From Acaryochloridaceae cyanobacterium VAR_48_metabat_390 (lineage in GTDB: Bacteria > Cyanobacteriota > Cyanobacteriia > Thermosynechococcales > Thermosynechococcaceae), in contig JANPLU010000122.1 of the NCBI GenBank assembly GCA_031422435.1, forward strand, positions 1 to 42,230: 42,230 bases of DNA, in the 5' to 3' direction. Below, piece after piece: positions 40,009-42,230 of this stretch. The notes beneath the pieces were generated by a model. It was not told the DNA's origin and did not search any database. It saw nothing but the letters and a program-made list of their open reading frames with translations. The position numbers were made by a program, and so were the translations under genes. The stretch's first letter is position 1. Each line of letters starts with the position of its first letter.

Positions 40009-40113
40009 GAGGTGTTGCTGTCTTATTTTAATCGTTTTTCTAGTGAAAAAGACTCTTTCCCTAGGGGTTTTGTTCCATTTTAGAATTAGAACGGAGTCTT
40101 TATCTCGCTCAAT

Positions 40114-40746
40114 CTAAACGTTCTGACTAAGCCAGGCGATCACCTCTCGAATCCAGTCGTCTGTATTGGCACTTTTTGAGAGCGCCGTCTTCTGCCCTAC
40201 GGCTTTAAGAGCATCCATAATTTCGCGGGTGCTATAGCCCAAGGCCAAAAGCGTCATTTCTACTTCAGCCTGCACTTCTGAGGCTGGGCCAGGCAGCGGA
40301 GCGCTTATTAATCCAGCTTGCTCCCGCCACTCTGCTAACTTGGTGCGCAGTTCTAGAGCGATGCGCTCTGCGGTTTTAGCGCCTACACCAGGGGTTTTAG
40401 AGAGCAGCTGGGTATTGCTGCTGATAATGGCCTGAATCAAATCCTGTAAACCAAAGGTATCTAGTAGCGCTAACCCAAGCTGTGGTCCAATACCGCTCAC
40501 GCTAATGAGCTGACGGAAAAGATCTCGTTCAGCCACAGAGGAAAATCCAAACAGAATCCACTGATCTTCACGAACCTGTAGATGGGTAAAGACTTGGACA
40601 AGATCGCCAATGTCAGGAAGCTGCTGGATGGTTCGGGTCGGGATTTGAAGGTCATACCCGACAGCATTAACCTCTAGGGTTATAAAGCTGCGAGGGCTAG
40701 AACTTCGCTGAAGCGAAGCCAAAGCGCCTTTGAGATATCCAATCAT
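40114..40746 (-). CDS. ruvA: Holliday junction branch migration protein RuvA
   Basis: MIGYLKG, VGY, HLQVRED...LFGF, SVSGIGP, PGVG.KTAERI.LEL, LGY. Confidence 0.97.
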   Translation of the reverse strand: MIGYLKGALASLQRSSSPRSFITLEVNAVGYDLQIPTRTIQQLPDIGDLVQVFTHLQVREDQWILFGFSSVAERDLFRQLISVSGIGPQLGLALLDTFGLQDLIQAIISSNTQLLSKTPGVGAKTAERIALELRTKLAEWREQAGLISAPLPGPASEVQAEVEMTLLALGYSTREIMDALKAVGQKTALSKSANTDDWIREVIAWLSQNV

Positions 40747-41024
40747 GTTGATAGTGGCTTGGAAGTTTACTGTGGTTTAAGGAGATATGTCTTTGAGGAT
40801 ATCGGAGTTCAATGCGCGCGATCATTTTGATACTTAAGTTTGATTATCAAATGAGTTAGTAGGGTACTCTTGAAACTGACGTAATGTTGCTGCTGCGCAC
40901 AGACAGCGGTTTTAGGATGCATTAGCGTCAGGTCTTAAAATTGAGCGGTAGGCTTGGTCTCAGCTTTATCTTTGCTCAACAGAGTCCCTGAGGGGCGATC
41001 GCCTCAAGACCGCCTCGCCTTAAA

Positions 41025-41644
41025 ATGACTGTCTCCCTACCCCATGGAAGTCTACTGCCTCGCGAGCCGCTGAATCAGCTTTACTTTTTAGATTTTCAAG
41101 ATGAACTCGCCTTCCCGTTTAAGGGTTTGGGGAAGTGACTTCATACGCCGATAATGACGGTCGTGGTTTCATCCCTGCTGATTTTCCGCTGAACTTGAAT
41201 TCAGCGTTTGCCCAGATGCGGCTCCATCGGGTTCAAACAGCACTGCGGGAATGGTGATCGCAGGTATTCACCTTTTCAGACCTACTATCCAGATCAAGCT
41301 TTATCTGAAATTGATTCGCTATTAGAGCACTTTAGTGCACTGGGTAAGCCTATTCACATTACGGAGTTAGACGTTTCTTCTGCAACGGGCATTGATAAGC
41401 AGTCTTACCCTAGAGAAGCGCAAGTTTTGTGGCGTGCCCTAGAGTCAGATTATTCAGGCCGATTGGATTAAGCAATTTTATACAATCTGCTAGAGCAGAG
41501 CTGCCATTGAGGCAATTTCTTGGTTTAATTTTACAGATCTAGGCTGTTTTTGGCCTTTAGGCGGCTTATTTAGATCAAAATATGCAACCTAAAGAAGCTT
41601 TTTGTCGATTAAAAAACATTCTGGCGCAGTGGCACTACCCATAG
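41025..41644 (+). pseudogene. Fragmented glycoside hydrolase family 10 (xylanase-like) gene
   Basis: Pieces in different frames: ...YADNDGRGF..., LGKPIHITELD (GH10 nucleophile-type motif), QADWIKQFYTIC*, EAISWFNF.D..CFWPLGGL, PKEAF.RL; far too short for the family. Confidence 0.65.
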
Positions 41645-41689
41645 TCTAAAAACGGAACGCTTTGCTGCCAAAGAATTCCAGGTATATGA

Positions 41690-41929
41690 CTAAACTAAAG
41701 ATGACCAGGAGGCCACATAAGCATCAGATTGTTCCATGATGCGTTGAAGCTCTTCGTGTTCCATGGCTTGGAGCGCCATAGATAGTCCCATTTGTACAAT
41801 GCTGAGCCGCTGTCTGGCTTCTTGGCTCAGTTCTTGGGCGGCTTCTTCTGTACAGGCCAGAATGGTGGCAGTCATGCTGAGATTATCGGCGGTTACGGCT
41901 AAGGCTTCGGCTAACAAGCTGGTAAACAT
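41690..41929 (-). CDS. Hypothetical helical protein (79 aa)
   Basis: ATG-started ORF with a GAG-containing upstream sequence and plausible composition. Confidence 0.6.
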   Translation of the reverse strand: MFTSLLAEALAVTADNLSMTATILACTEEAAQELSQEARQRLSIVQMGLSMALQAMEHEELQRIMEQSDAYVASWSSLV

Positions 41930-42064
41930 AATCTCAACTCTTTTGGTTTCACTGGACTACTTCTTCATCATGGACTAGGTAAAGTAATTGCAAAACTGGA
42001 TTATTACTGATCTTTAGGTAATGGCTTCATCTCCCTATCTCAGGGTTTACGCGGATAGACAAGA

Positions 42065-42080
42065 TGTATAAAACCATACA
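42065..42080. promoter_or_regulatory. Perfect NtcA-binding consensus
   Basis: TGTA-TAAAACCA-TACA (GTA-N8-TAC) in intergenic DNA. Confidence 0.55.
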
Positions 42081-42230
42081 AATAGCTCGATATGGCGTTG
42101 TTGCATAAGTGGAATCTAGGACAGAAATCCCCCTTTATTGAGGTTGGATTAAGCAGCAACTGGAACACTGACAGGCTTACCCAATTGAATCATCCGGTTC
42201 AGCATCGCGCATTGACACAATAATTCTGTC

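Overview
Cyanobacterial chromosomal segment, identified by dense HIP1 GCGATCGC octamers and by apcF, ndhL, rpaB and psb34. It is mostly housekeeping: psb34, trpA-DUF3007-ndhL, pgi, two DUF697 GTPases, tRNA-His, tRNA-Ser, tRNA-Met, ABC transporter genes, a CblD-like protein, a carotenoid oxygenase, hslO, ctpC, radA/rpaB, cysteine synthase, apcF, glnN, dut, uppP, an M23 peptidase, dacB and ruvA. The main anomaly is an accessory and decay zone at about 16.97-21.4 kb. It holds a tandemly duplicated 'small protein + clan AA aspartic protease' module (one copy intact, one dead) and an AT-rich two-gene segment (unknown ORF + EcsC-family) bounded by integron-cassette-like signals, with no integrase in the window. 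It also holds a pgeF truncated exactly at a HIP1 site, two further pseudogenes, and an unannotated 48-aa membrane ORF with its own terminator. A GH10-like pseudogene and a perfect NtcA box lie near the right end. All family assignments come from motif recognition by eye, not database searches.
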